Assembly (NCBI GenBank): GCA_963815215.1
Contig: CAWFFU010000008.1
Span: 224,358 to 288,357 of the forward strand
Direction of reading: 5' to 3'
DNA length: 64,000 nucleotides
DNA from: an uncultured Trueperaceae bacterium
GTDB lineage: Bacteria; Deinococcota; Deinococci; Deinococcales; Trueperaceae
Shown: in pieces, positions 18,346 to 28,243 of the stretch
Layout: every line of letters begins with the position of its first letter
How positions within the stretch are numbered: position 1 is the first letter of the stretch
The notes under the pieces: model-generated
What the model was told of the DNA's origin: nothing
Databases searched by the model: none
The model's input: only the letters and a program-made list of their open reading frames with translations
Program-made: the position numbers and the translations under genes

Positions 18346-19401
18346 ATGGCGTCAGACCCTGAGAGTCGTACAACGGGAGGGCCGGAGAGCGCCCGTTCTC
18401 CGGGCCCCGGGAACGGGAGAGCCACGATCGCGAGCAGCGGGGCGGTGGACACCGGCCCGGTGAAGGAAACCCCCGAGTTCACCACCACAGCGGCCGGCCG
18501 CACCGGTTCCGTGCTCCGCGCGACCCGGCGCAAGGTGATCACCCTCGCCCGCCAGGAGGGCGTCAACGTCATCCTGCTCACGGCCGGCGCGCTGCTGTAC
18601 GCCGCCGCCTTCGACCTCTTCCTGGTCCCCAGCAACGTGGCGCCCGGCGGGCTGGGTGGGCTGACGCTCGTCATCACCCACTACCTGCCGTGGCCGAACG
18701 GCGTCGTGCTGTTCGTGCTGAATATCCCCCTGCTGCTGATCGGGGCGTGGCAACTGGGCGGCCCGCCCTTCCTGGCGCGTACGCTCTACGTCGTCACCGC
18801 CGTCTTCATCGGCATCGACGCCTTGGCGCCCTACCTGCCGCGCGAGGGCGCGAGCCACGACCCCCTGCTCAATGCGCTCTACGGCGGGGCGGTCACCGGC
18901 ATCGCCGGCGGGCTGGTCATCCGGGCGCGCGGCAACATCGGCGGCACCGGCATCCTCAGCCGCGTGCTACAGCGCCGCAGCGGCATCCCGATGGGTCAGG
19001 TCTACATGATGACCGACGGCATCATCGTGGTCCTCATGGGCGCGGTGTTCGGCTGGGACCGCGCGCTGTACTCGCTCGTCGCGCTTTTCGTCAACGGCCT
19101 GGCCACCGACTACGCGACCGAGGGCCCGTCCATCGTCCGGACCGTGTTCATCGTGACCGACCGGCCCGAGGAAGTCGCGGCAGCGCTGCAGATGCGCATG
19201 CACACCGGCGTCACGGCCTGGCGCGCCGAGGGCATGTACAGCCGCGGCGAACGCACCGTGCTCTTCTGCACCATCAACCGCACCGAGGTGCGCGAGCTGA
19301 CGGGCATCGTGCGGGAGACCGACCACGAAGGCTTCCTGGTGGTCGGGCAGGGCCACCGCGCGCGCGGTGGCACCATCGGCAAGAGCGACAGCCCGGGCTA
19401 G
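18346..19401 (+). CDS. YitT family membrane protein
   Basis: Motifs FLVPSNVAPGGLGG, LNIPL and GGTGI, plus a C-terminal DUF2179-like domain (GVT...GMYS). Confidence 0.92.
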   Translation: MASDPESRTTGGPESARSPGPGNGRATIASSGAVDTGPVKETPEFTTTAAGRTGSVLRATRRKVITLARQEGVNVILLTAGALLYAAAFDLFLVPSNVAPGGLGGLTLVITHYLPWPNGVVLFVLNIPLLLIGAWQLGGPPFLARTLYVVTAVFIGIDALAPYLPREGASHDPLLNALYGGAVTGIAGGLVIRARGNIGGTGILSRVLQRRSGIPMGQVYMMTDGIIVVLMGAVFGWDRALYSLVALFVNGLATDYATEGPSIVRTVFIVTDRPEEVAAALQMRMHTGVTAWRAEGMYSRGERTVLFCTINRTEVRELTGIVRETDHEGFLVVGQGHRARGGTIGKSDSPG

Positions 19402-19410
19402 CGTCAGGGG

Positions 19411-20322
19411 TCAGTTGGAGCGTCGCGAGATGAGCGCGTAGAAGGCGACCGTCAGGATCAGCACCACGATCAGGAGCCCGAACGACGCCGCCGAGGCCTC
19501 GTTGATGTTGAGTCCCAGGAAGGCCTTGCGATAGACGAAGTAGCTCAGCACGTCCGTCGCGATCCCCGGCCCCCCCTTGGTCAGCACGTAGAACAGGTCG
19601 TAGGCCCGGAACTCGTTGATCAACTGGATGATCACGGCGACGGCAGCCACGGGCCGGATCAACGGGAGCGTCAGATAGAGGAAGCGCTGCGGGGCCGACG
19701 CGCCGTCGATCGCCGCCGCCTCGTAGGGCTCGGTGGGCAGAGCCGACAACCCGGCGGTGAGGATCAGAACGACGAACGATACCTGCTGCCAGATATCGAC
19801 CAGCACGACACTCCAGAACGCGAGCGTGGTGGACCCGAGCCAGTCGGGTTGGGGGAGGCCCAGCGTCCCCAGCACGTGGTTGACGATCCCCAGATTGGGC
19901 TGCAGCAGCATGTGCCAGATCAACGCCACGCTCACCGGAGACATCGCCATCGGGATCGTCAGGATCGCGTAGTAGACGCCCTTCATCCGCAGGTCCTGGT
20001 TGAGCAGCAGGGCGATCCCCATCCCCAGGGCGATCTCCCCAGTGACGGTGACGAAGGAGTAGCCCACGGTCAACCACAGGGAGTGCCAGAAGTAGGGATC
20101 GTGGACGCTCTCCTTGATGTTCGCCAGGCCGGTGAACGGGAGCAGATCGGTGTGCAGGAAGGTGTAGCTGGAGAAGGCCAGCACGATCGCCAGCACCAGG
20201 GGCACGGCCACGACCAGTAGGAGCAGGCCGAGACCGGGAGCCGCGAAACCCCAGCCCTCGAGCCGAACCCTCGCGCTCAGGCGCCTGGTGCGTGCGCTCG
20301 CTGTTGTCGTGCGCTGGACCAT
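19411..20322 (-). CDS. Carbohydrate ABC transporter permease (MalF-like)
   Basis: EAA motif YEAAAIDGA, and VDIWQ. Confidence 0.93.
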   Translation of the reverse strand: MVQRTTTASARTRRLSARVRLEGWGFAAPGLGLLLLVVAVPLVLAIVLAFSSYTFLHTDLLPFTGLANIKESVHDPYFWHSLWLTVGYSFVTVTGEIALGMGIALLLNQDLRMKGVYYAILTIPMAMSPVSVALIWHMLLQPNLGIVNHVLGTLGLPQPDWLGSTTLAFWSVVLVDIWQQVSFVVLILTAGLSALPTEPYEAAAIDGASAPQRFLYLTLPLIRPVAAVAVIIQLINEFRAYDLFYVLTKGGPGIATDVLSYFVYRKAFLGLNINEASAASFGLLIVVLILTVAFYALISRRSN

Positions 20323-20349
20323 CTCACGTCCGTTCGGTGTGCGCGCCGC

Positions 20350-20383
20350 GCTCCGGGGAACGGCTCGTGCCGTTCCCCGGAGC
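20350..20383 (-). terminator. Intra-operonic hairpin after the sugar SBP gene (stabiliser or partial terminator)
   Basis: GCTCCGGGGAACGGC-TCGT-GCCGTTCCCCGGAGC, a 15-bp perfect stem. Confidence 0.65.
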
Positions 20384-20407
20384 ATGCGGAGCTTGCGCCA
20401 AGACGAG

Positions 20408-21706
20408 CTACTGCTTCTTGGCCTTGGTCAGGAGCTGCTGGAGACCGTCGGACGCAGCCTTCAGGGCGTCGGCGGGCTTCGCCTGGTTGGCGGCTGCGAG
20501 CGAGAGCTGGCGGCCGAGAACATCCTCGTACTGAGCCGAGTAGGTGAAGACCGGGAAGGCTTCGCCGCTCTGGACGACGGCTTCGGCCTGCTTGTAGTAG
20601 GGGTACTTGGCCAGGACGGACGGATCCTCGAAGACGTCGCTGCGCACCGGCGCGTGGCCCTGAAGGGCGCGCTCGACGGCCACCTTCTTCGACTGGACCC
20701 AGCTGATGAACTTCCAGGCCGCGTCCTTGAGCTGCGGGCTCTCGTTGTGCGGGATGGCCCAACCCCAGCCGCCGCTCTCGCCGTGCCCACCGGGCATGAC
20801 GCCAAGCGCCACCTTGCCGGCCACATTGGGGCAGGAGGAGGCATCATCGAGCTGCGGGAGCATCCACCAGTACGTCACCATGCTCCAGGCCTTGCCCTGG
20901 CACATGAGCTGGAAGGTGTCGTCGAGGGTCGCCGACAGGGCACCCTTCTGGGAAGCGTTCTGGATGTTGTCGACGTAGAGGTTGAGGGCGTTGAGCGCCG
21001 CCGGCGAGTCGAGGGTCACGTTGCCGTTGGCGTCCAGGTAGTGGCCGCCGGCGGCGAACAGGTAGTTCGAGAACTCCATGCTGTTGGGATCGCCGCGCTG
21101 GCCCTGCATGGCCGCCCCGGCGACGCCGGCGTGGGCGTTCATGAACTTGCTGACCTGCACGTAGTCCTCGAGCGTCGTTGGGAGCTCGAGCTTGCGGTTG
21201 TACTGGGCCTGATAGGCGCTCTGGAGCGCGGGATCCGCGAGCAGGTCCTTGCGGTAGATGATGCCCATCGAGTAGTTGTACATGGGGATCATGTAGAGCT
21301 TCTTGTCGAAGTTCCCGACCAGATCCAGCATCGACGGGATGAAGGGCTTGAGGTCGAAGCTCGTCTTGTCGACGTAGGGCTGGAGTGGCTCCAGCCAACC
21401 GGCCGCGGGGAACTCGCCGGCCCACAGGAAGTCGACTTCGAGGACGTTGTAGTAGCTCGAGGACGCCACGAGCTGCGTCAAGAGCTTGTCGTGCATCTCC
21501 GAGTACACCAGCTTCTGGATGTCGACCTTGATCCCCGTCTGCTGCTCGAACTCCGGCAACAGGTTCTCGATGATGTGCGTTTCCGGCACGTCCTCCATGA
21601 GGATGTGCAGCGTGGCGCCTTGCGCGCTGGCGTTCGAGACCACGAACATCATGGCGAACGCGACGGCGACAACGGTCGCCAACCAGGCTCTCCCCTTCTT
21701 CTGCAT
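20408..21706 (-). CDS. Carbohydrate ABC transporter substrate-binding protein
   Basis: RBS AAGGAG, a Sec signal peptide ending ASA, and motifs FEQQTGIKV, YRKDL and GGWGWAIP. Confidence 0.93.
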   Translation of the reverse strand: MQKKGRAWLATVVAVAFAMMFVVSNASAQGATLHILMEDVPETHIIENLLPEFEQQTGIKVDIQKLVYSEMHDKLLTQLVASSSYYNVLEVDFLWAGEFPAAGWLEPLQPYVDKTSFDLKPFIPSMLDLVGNFDKKLYMIPMYNYSMGIIYRKDLLADPALQSAYQAQYNRKLELPTTLEDYVQVSKFMNAHAGVAGAAMQGQRGDPNSMEFSNYLFAAGGHYLDANGNVTLDSPAALNALNLYVDNIQNASQKGALSATLDDTFQLMCQGKAWSMVTYWWMLPQLDDASSCPNVAGKVALGVMPGGHGESGGWGWAIPHNESPQLKDAAWKFISWVQSKKVAVERALQGHAPVRSDVFEDPSVLAKYPYYKQAEAVVQSGEAFPVFTYSAQYEDVLGRQLSLAAANQAKPADALKAASDGLQQLLTKAKKQ

Positions 21707-21788
21707 GTCCGTCTCCTTGTCGATACGTCGTCGGGTACGTGGGTTGATGCGTGCGCCGGACTTCACGATCGTGCTGTCTGACACCTCC

Positions 21789-22628
21789 CTACTTGACCGC
21801 GCCGAAGGTCAGGCCGCGGACGAGATAGCGTTGGATGAACCGAGACGCCACCACCAGCGGCAGGATGCCGAGGATGACTCCGGCAGAGATCTCGGCGATG
21901 AGGACACCGTTCTGCGATTGCAGCCCCGCCAGCGTCACGGGGATCGTGGCCGTCGAGGGGCCGCTCAGGATGAGCGCGAACAGGAACTCGTTCCAGGCCA
22001 GGATGAAGCCGAGAACGGCGGCCGCAGCGATGCCCGGGGCGGCGACGGGCACGACGATCCTCCAGAATGCGCTCCAGCGTGTGGCGCCGTCGACCATGGC
22101 CGCCCACTCCAGCTCCACCGGCACGCCCTCGAAGAACCCCATCAGGATCCACGTCATGAACGGGAAGTTCAGCCCGACATACGCCAGGCCGATGCCGACG
22201 ATGGAGTTGGTCAGGCCGATCGCCCGGAAGATGGTGAAGATCGGTAGCACCAGTGCCACCGGCGGCAGCATCTGGGTCGCCAGCACCATGAAGCGCGCGG
22301 CCTGTCCTCCGGTCCGGAACCGCGCGAAGGCATAGCCCGTCATGGCGGCGATGGGTACGCCGAACGCCGTAGAGCCGCCGGCAGCCAGGAAGCTGTTCAG
22401 GTAGGTGCGCCCGAAGTCGTGGTACTCGAACAGGCGAAGGTAGTTGCCGAAGGTGAGGGCCGGGAAGAGGGCAGCGCTGTAGGCACGCGCCTCCGGCACC
22501 AGGCTCGTTCGGAGCACCCACAGCAGAGGCAGCAGGATGTACAGCGAGAACAACGCCAGGGCGAGGTGGGCGAAGATCTTGCCCCACCGGATGGTCCGGC
22601 GCGGTGTCACCGATCGCTGTGCCTGCAC
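21789..22628 (-). CDS. Carbohydrate ABC transporter permease (MalG-like)
   Basis: Motifs ELEWAAMVDGA, AWNEFLFA and QRYLVRGLTFGAVK. Confidence 0.93.
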   Translation of the reverse strand: MQAQRSVTPRRTIRWGKIFAHLALALFSLYILLPLLWVLRTSLVPEARAYSAALFPALTFGNYLRLFEYHDFGRTYLNSFLAAGGSTAFGVPIAAMTGYAFARFRTGGQAARFMVLATQMLPPVALVLPIFTIFRAIGLTNSIVGIGLAYVGLNFPFMTWILMGFFEGVPVELEWAAMVDGATRWSAFWRIVVPVAAPGIAAAAVLGFILAWNEFLFALILSGPSTATIPVTLAGLQSQNGVLIAEISAGVILGILPLVVASRFIQRYLVRGLTFGAVK

Positions 22629-22680
22629 GGTTCCTGCCTCCTCGCCGAAGCCGGCGTCGTCAATCGCCTTCCGGTCGCGA

Positions 22681-23463
22681 TCAGAAGATGAACGCTCCGC
22701 CGTTGACCTCGACCGATTCGCCGGTCAGGAAATCGGCGTCGGCCCCGGCGAGGAACGACACCACGGCAGCCACGTCGTCGGGCTCCTCCAGGCGGCCGAG
22801 GGGCGTCTGCCCGACGTAGTCGGCGACCACCTCGTCCGGCGTCATGCCCCTCAAGGAGGCCTCCCAGCCGACCTCACGCTCCTGCATCGAGGTGCGCACG
22901 AAGCCCGGGTTAACGGCGTTGACCGTCACGCCGAGTGGCGCCAACTCCTTCGCTGCAGCGTGGACGAGGCCGGTCACGGCGAACTTGGACGCCGAGTAGT
23001 GCGCCAGGAAGGGCGCGCCCTGGCGGGCCGCCATGGAGGCCGTCGCAACGATCTTGCCGCGGTGGCGCTCCCCCGCCAGTCGCTCCTGGCGGACCATCCG
23101 TCTCCCCACGCACTGCATGGTCAGGAAGGCGCCCTTCGCGTTCACGGCGAAGTTGCGGTCCCAGTCCTCGTCGGTCAGCTCGAGGAAGGCACGCATCGAC
23201 GACACCCCGGCGTTGGCCGACAGGACGTCGATGCGCCCGTCCTCGCGGTAGGCCGCATCGACGGCAGCCTCGACGCTCGACCGGTCGGTCACGTCGCAGC
23301 GCAGCGCTCGGATGCGCGCCCCCTCCCCGATCTCATCGGCCACGGCGCGCGCCCGTTCGTCGTCTAGATCGGCGATCCACACCTTGAATCCGTCGGCGTG
23401 CAACCTGCGGACGATCGATCTCCCGATGCCCGACCCGCCGCCGGTCACGAACGCGGTCTTCAT
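22681..23463 (-). CDS. SDR family oxidoreductase (polyol/sugar dehydrogenase-like)
   Basis: Motifs TGGGSGIG, NAG, YSASK and VNPG. Confidence 0.93.
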   Translation of the reverse strand: MKTAFVTGGGSGIGRSIVRRLHADGFKVWIADLDDERARAVADEIGEGARIRALRCDVTDRSSVEAAVDAAYREDGRIDVLSANAGVSSMRAFLELTDEDWDRNFAVNAKGAFLTMQCVGRRMVRQERLAGERHRGKIVATASMAARQGAPFLAHYSASKFAVTGLVHAAAKELAPLGVTVNAVNPGFVRTSMQEREVGWEASLRGMTPDEVVADYVGQTPLGRLEEPDDVAAVVSFLAGADADFLTGESVEVNGGAFIF

Positions 23464-23464
23464 G

Positions 23465-24946
23465 TCATGCACGAGCAGCCTCCAAGAGTTCCGGATAGAA
23501 GCTTCGAAGTCGCTGATAGAGCTCCCGGTAGACGGCGTACAGCTCTCGGTAACGGCGCGAAGCCGGGCCGTCGGGCGCCGTTGTCCCCTCTTCGCGCACG
23601 AAGCCCGGGACGTCCTCCCACGCCCAACTGCCCGCGGACACCCCCGCCAGCAGCGCGACGCCGAGCGCGCTCCCACTCTCGCCGCCGCGCAGGTGGATCA
23701 CGTCACGATCGAGCACGGCCGCCAGGATCGACCGCCATACCTCGCTTCGGGCGCCGCCGTCCATCATGGTGACGCGGCCGATGGAGTAACCGGCTTGCTC
23801 GAGAACGTCGACGTGGTGGCGGAATGCGAACGCCACGCCCTCGAGGACGGCGCGATGCACGTGCGCCGGGCCGTGGGAGAGCGTGAGTCCGACGATCGTG
23901 CCCCGCGCCAGCGGATCGTGGATGGGCGTCTTCTCCCCCAGGAAGTAGGGGAGCAACAGCAGGCCGTCCGCACCGGGCTCCAGCTCCCCCGCCATCAGGT
24001 CCAGCTCGCGGAAACTACGCTCGGGCGCGAAACGACTCTGGAACCACTTGACCAGAGATCCCGAGGACGCCATGCAACCGTTCACGACGAACCGCCCGGG
24101 CACGTCGTGGTAGTCGATGAAGAGCTCGCGAACGGGCTCGAACGTGTCGGTCGCGTACAGGAAGTCCCCGGCGCCACCGAACTTCATCACGACGTCGCCG
24201 GGATGCTGGAGCCCCGCGGCGAACGCCGCCGCGATATGGTCGGCGCTTCCCGCGATCAGTGGCGTGCCCGTCGCCAGCCCCGTCGCCTCGCTCGCCGATG
24301 CTCCGACGGCGCCCACGATGTCGTGCGGTCGCCTCACGTCGCGTAACTGCTGCGCGGAGGCGCCGGCAGCGTCCAGGATCTCCTCGAGCCAGCTGCCACC
24401 GGCGACGTCCCACAGGCCGGACTCGATCGCCCAGTTGGACTCCGTGTACGGTTCCGCTCCCAGGCGCTCGGTGATGTACTCGTACGACCCGGTGACGCGC
24501 CGGACCTTCGACCACGTCTCGGGCTCGTGCCGCCTGAGCCACAGGAGCTTCGGCGCGACGAGCTGCTGGTTCCAGGTGGCTCCCGTGCGAGCGAACAGCG
24601 CGTCCTCGTCGAAGCGCTCGGCGAACCACCGCACTTCGTCGTGCGCGCGGGCATCGTTCTGCTGGATCGACGGTCGCACGGGCCGGTCACGCTCATCGAG
24701 GCCGATGACCGCCGGCACCATGCCGGAGACCCCCACGGCGCGGACCGCCGACGCCTCCCTACCGTCGAGGAGCGACCGGAGCACGGCGACCGCGCCGGCC
24801 CACCAGTCCTCCGGGTCCTCCTCGGCCCACGTCGGATGCGGGTTGCTGAGGTCGTGACCGTGCTCCGTCACGGCCAGCACGCGGGCGTCGTCGTCGAGCA
24901 GGATGCCCTTGACGGCGGTCGTCCCTACGTCGACGCCCACGATCAC
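23465..24946 (-). CDS. FGGY-family carbohydrate kinase (xylulokinase-like)
   Basis: Motifs GVDVGTT, NDAR, GSADH, LPYFLGEKTP, AVLEGVA and DGGARS. Confidence 0.93.
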   Translation of the reverse strand: MIVGVDVGTTAVKGILLDDDARVLAVTEHGHDLSNPHPTWAEEDPEDWWAGAVAVLRSLLDGREASAVRAVGVSGMVPAVIGLDERDRPVRPSIQQNDARAHDEVRWFAERFDEDALFARTGATWNQQLVAPKLLWLRRHEPETWSKVRRVTGSYEYITERLGAEPYTESNWAIESGLWDVAGGSWLEEILDAAGASAQQLRDVRRPHDIVGAVGASASEATGLATGTPLIAGSADHIAAAFAAGLQHPGDVVMKFGGAGDFLYATDTFEPVRELFIDYHDVPGRFVVNGCMASSGSLVKWFQSRFAPERSFRELDLMAGELEPGADGLLLLPYFLGEKTPIHDPLARGTIVGLTLSHGPAHVHRAVLEGVAFAFRHHVDVLEQAGYSIGRVTMMDGGARSEVWRSILAAVLDRDVIHLRGGESGSALGVALLAGVSAGSWAWEDVPGFVREEGTTAPDGPASRRYRELYAVYRELYQRLRSFYPELLEAARA

Positions 24947-24948
24947 GG

Positions 24949-25821
24949 TCAGGTCCCCCGGACGCCGCGGACGATGTCCATGAAACGGGCGGCCCGCTCC
25001 GGGTCGACCGGATTCCAGGTGTCGCCGTCGACCTTCAGGGAGGTCCCCACCACGCAACCGTCGGCGAGCTCAAGGATCTGCGCCACGTTGTCATGGCGCA
25101 CGCCGGTGTTCGCCAGGACGGGCACCTCCCCGAGCTGCTGCTTGGCGCTGCCGATGTGCTCGAGGGGGGCCGCCTGCCCGGTCATCGGACCGGAGACCAG
25201 GATGGCGTCCGCGAGACTCGAGAACACCGCGCTCCTGGCACGCTCCGCGACGCTCCGGTGGTCCAGCGGGGAGGCGAACTCCGCGGTGACGTTGAAGAGC
25301 AGGAAGAGGTCGTCACGCGCCACCTGGCGGCGATAGCGGAGGGCGGCGCCGGCGTTGCCCTGCCACAGCCCCATGTCCGAACCGTAGACGCCGGTGAAGA
25401 TCTCGCGCGCGAAGACCGCGCCGGTGGCGGCCGCCAGGCCGATCGTGCTCATCGGATCCCACAGGACGTCCACCCCGAAGGGGACAGCGATGTCCTCGTG
25501 CAGGCGCCCGATCACGTAGGCCATGCCCGCGGTCGAGGCGGCGTCCACCTCCAGCTGGTACGGCCGATCGTTCTCGTTTCCGAACATCACCGCGTCCACA
25601 CCGGCTTGCTGCAGCGCGAGCAGATCGGCCCGCGCCGCGCGCACGATGCCCTCCATCCCCTGGGAGGCGTCGTAGCCCGGCGTTCCGGGCAGCGCGCCGA
25701 TGTGCACCATCGCGATGATGGGCTTGATCACTCCGAAGAGGCGCTCGAGCCCGCCGGGGCGCGCTGCGTCGGAACGTTGACTCGTTTCGGGCTGGGTCAT
25801 TCGGGCCTCCAAGAACGGCAT
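24949..25821 (-). CDS. BtpA/SgcQ family TIM-barrel protein
   Basis: Motifs KPIIAMVH..ALPG.P, FGNENDRPY, PFGVDVLWD, VSGPMTG, NTGV and VGTSLK. Alternative start at 25800. Confidence 0.92.
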   Translation of the reverse strand: MPFLEARMTQPETSQRSDAARPGGLERLFGVIKPIIAMVHIGALPGTPGYDASQGMEGIVRAARADLLALQQAGVDAVMFGNENDRPYQLEVDAASTAGMAYVIGRLHEDIAVPFGVDVLWDPMSTIGLAAATGAVFAREIFTGVYGSDMGLWQGNAGAALRYRRQVARDDLFLLFNVTAEFASPLDHRSVAERARSAVFSSLADAILVSGPMTGQAAPLEHIGSAKQQLGEVPVLANTGVRHDNVAQILELADGCVVGTSLKVDGDTWNPVDPERAARFMDIVRGVRGT

Positions 25822-26580
25822 CTATACGAACTCGATCCGCAGCGAATCGTCGTCGAGGTCGCCGACCGACTCCCGGGACGCTTCGTCGGTGACGAGCATC
25901 GAGATCTCTTCGAGACGGCACACGCGGGCGAACGAGCGCCGGGCGAACTTACTGCTGTCGGCCAGAAGCACGGTGGTCCTCGCCGCGGCCAGCGCCAGGC
26001 GCTTCACCTCGGCCTCCTCTACGGTGCTGTTGGAGATCCCGACACGGTCGATGGCGTCGGCTCCCATGAAGAACAGGTCGACGGAGAGCGAGCGGAGCGT
26101 CTGCTCGGCCCAGGGACCGACCAGGCTGAACAGGCCGTTGCGGACGCGTCCGCCCGGTGTCCAGACCTCGGCACCCTCCTCCGCAGCCAGGGCGGACGCC
26201 GAGGGCAAATCGAGGGCGATCGCGGTGATGGGCCGGCCCGCCAGGCGTCTCGCCAGCTCGAGCACCGTCGTCCCCGAGTCGAGAACGATCGTCGCACCGT
26301 CTGGCACGAGCCCCGCGGCGTACTGCGCGATGCGCGCCTTCTCCGCTTGCATGCGCTGGGTCTTCTCAGCGTAGGGGGCCTCCTTGGCCGTTCCGCCGTG
26401 CAGGATCACGGCGCCACCGTGCGTTCGGTCGACAGCCCCGCGTGCGGCGAGCTCCTCGAGGTCGCGACGGACCGTGGCCGCCGAGACGCCGAGCTCGTCG
26501 GCGAGCTCGTGCGTTCGGGCTCCGCCACGCTTGTTGAGAAGCTGCACGATGCGCTCGAGCCTCTCCGGCCGCAGTTCCAT
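25822..26580 (-). CDS. DeoR/GlpR family transcriptional regulator
   Basis: Motifs VSAATVRRDL, RTHGGA, LDSGTT and ADSSKF. Confidence 0.95.
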   Translation of the reverse strand: MELRPERLERIVQLLNKRGGARTHELADELGVSAATVRRDLEELAARGAVDRTHGGAVILHGGTAKEAPYAEKTQRMQAEKARIAQYAAGLVPDGATIVLDSGTTVLELARRLAGRPITAIALDLPSASALAAEEGAEVWTPGGRVRNGLFSLVGPWAEQTLRSLSVDLFFMGADAIDRVGISNSTVEEAEVKRLALAAARTTVLLADSSKFARRSFARVCRLEEISMLVTDEASRESVGDLDDDSLRIEFV

Positions 26581-26613
26581 CGCCACCCCGTTCCTCAGCG
26601 TCGTATGGGAGTG

Positions 26614-26643
26614 ATTATGGACGTAGTTGCGTGTTTTTGTCAA
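26614..26643 (-). promoter_or_regulatory. Promoter TTGACA-N18-CATAAT for the DeoR-BtpA sugar operon
   Basis: Consensus -35 and near-consensus -10 on the minus strand, in an AT-rich patch that probably also holds the DeoR operator. Confidence 0.7.
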
Positions 26644-26770
26644 TACATGCTCATTTATGCGCACTTGTGACGGGCAGGCATGCCCTACACCCGTCCGCCG
26701 CGTGTGCCGGCTTCGACGGGGCGCATCCCCCAGGACCGCCGCGTCACCGCGCACCGCGTATCATCAGAGC

Positions 26771-27403
26771 GTGAGCGACCCGTCCGAGCTGCTCGAACGC
26801 AACCGCGCCTGGGCCGGAAGCATGGCGCGCCAGGACGCCGGCTACTTCCCACGGCTCGCCGCCCAGCAAGAGCCCCGTTACCTGTGGATCGGCTGCGCCG
26901 ACTCGCGCGTGCCGGCGAACGTCATCGCCGGCCTCGACCCCGGCGAGGTGTTCGTCCACCGCAACATCGCCAACGTCTTCTCCCACACCGACCTCAACGC
27001 CCTCACGGTGCTGGAATACGCGGTGTCGGTGCTGAAGGTGGAGCACGTCATCGTGTGCGGTCACTACGGCTGTGGCGGCGTGAATGCCGCCCTCGACCAG
27101 CAGCGGCACGGCCTCATCGACAATTGGCTGCGCCTCATCAAGGACGTCGCGGCCAAGCACGAGCACGTGCTCGCGGCGGCGCCCGACGCCGCCGCCCGGG
27201 CCGAGCGGCTGGCCGAGCTCAACGCCATCGAGCAGACCCGCAACGTCTGCACCACCAGCATCGTCCAGGACGCTTGGGCGCGCGGACAGGAGCTTACCGT
27301 CCGCGCCTGGATCTACGGCCTCAGCGACGGCCTGCTGCGCGACCTGGGGTTCGTGGTGTGCAGCCCCGACGAGGTCGATGCTGCACACCGGCTGTCGGTC
27401 TGA
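26771..27403 (+). CDS. can: Beta-class carbonic anhydrase
   Basis: Zn-site motifs GCADSRV, HRNIAN and GHYGCGG. TATCAT lies 6 nt before the GTG. Confidence 0.95.
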   Translation: MSDPSELLERNRAWAGSMARQDAGYFPRLAAQQEPRYLWIGCADSRVPANVIAGLDPGEVFVHRNIANVFSHTDLNALTVLEYAVSVLKVEHVIVCGHYGCGGVNAALDQQRHGLIDNWLRLIKDVAAKHEHVLAAAPDAAARAERLAELNAIEQTRNVCTTSIVQDAWARGQELTVRAWIYGLSDGLLRDLGFVVCSPDEVDAAHRLSV

Positions 27404-27489
27404 ACCACGAGGTCACACGCGGGTCCCGCACGGCGCGCGACACGAGCGCGGCGCCCATCGCACGGACCGCTTCCGTACGGCGTTCGACG

Positions 27490-27942
27490 TCAGGCGCCGC
27501 CCGCCCCCCGTTCGCGCGCCAGCAGATCGCGGATCTCGGTCAGCAGCCGCTCCTCCGCGGGCGGAGGCGGCGGCACGACAGGCTCGGACGGCTCCGTGCG
27601 ATTCTCGCCGCGACGCTTCATGGCGTTGAACGAGCGGATGACCATGAACAGGACGAAGGCGATGATCAGGAAGTTGATGACGGTGTTCAGGAAGGCCCCG
27701 TACTGGATGACGGGAGCGCCGGCGGCCACCGCATCCTTGACCGAGGCATAGGCCCCGGCACCCTTCAGGATGATGCCCAGGTTGCTGAAGTCGACCCCGC
27801 CGAGGACCAGGCCGATGACCGGCATGATCACCTGATTGACGAGGGATGTGGTGATGGCTCCGAACGCAGCACCGATGATGACGGCGACCGCCAGGTCCAG
27901 CACGTTGCCACGGCTGATGAACTCCCGGAACTCCTTGAGCAC
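27490..27942 (-). CDS. mscL: Large-conductance mechanosensitive channel
   Basis: [27 protein letters not shown] and LLTEIRDLL. Confidence 0.97.
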   Translation of the reverse strand: MLKEFREFISRGNVLDLAVAVIIGAAFGAITTSLVNQVIMPVIGLVLGGVDFSNLGIILKGAGAYASVKDAVAAGAPVIQYGAFLNTVINFLIIAFVLFMVIRSFNAMKRRGENRTEPSEPVVPPPPPAEERLLTEIRDLLARERGAGGA

Positions 27943-28243
27943 GACGACCTCCATGGTCCTGTGGACCGTCAACCTCCCGTCCACTTTAAACGAGCGCCAC
28001 GCAACGAACGACCACGCGCACGGCCCGGTGGCCCGGCCCGGCGTCGCAACGCAGTCGCCGTCTGCCGCGGCGACCCCGAGGCGGACCGACGGGTCGTTCC
28101 GTCAACGGATCCGACCGAGATGGTGGCGCACCCCGCTTGTTGGTTCCAGGTGGAACCGGTAGCATCGACCGTGGGGTCCCTGGACCCCGCAGAAGGCACC
28201 CGAGGAGCGCACCCCGATCGAGAACAACGACGAGCCGCCCCAG

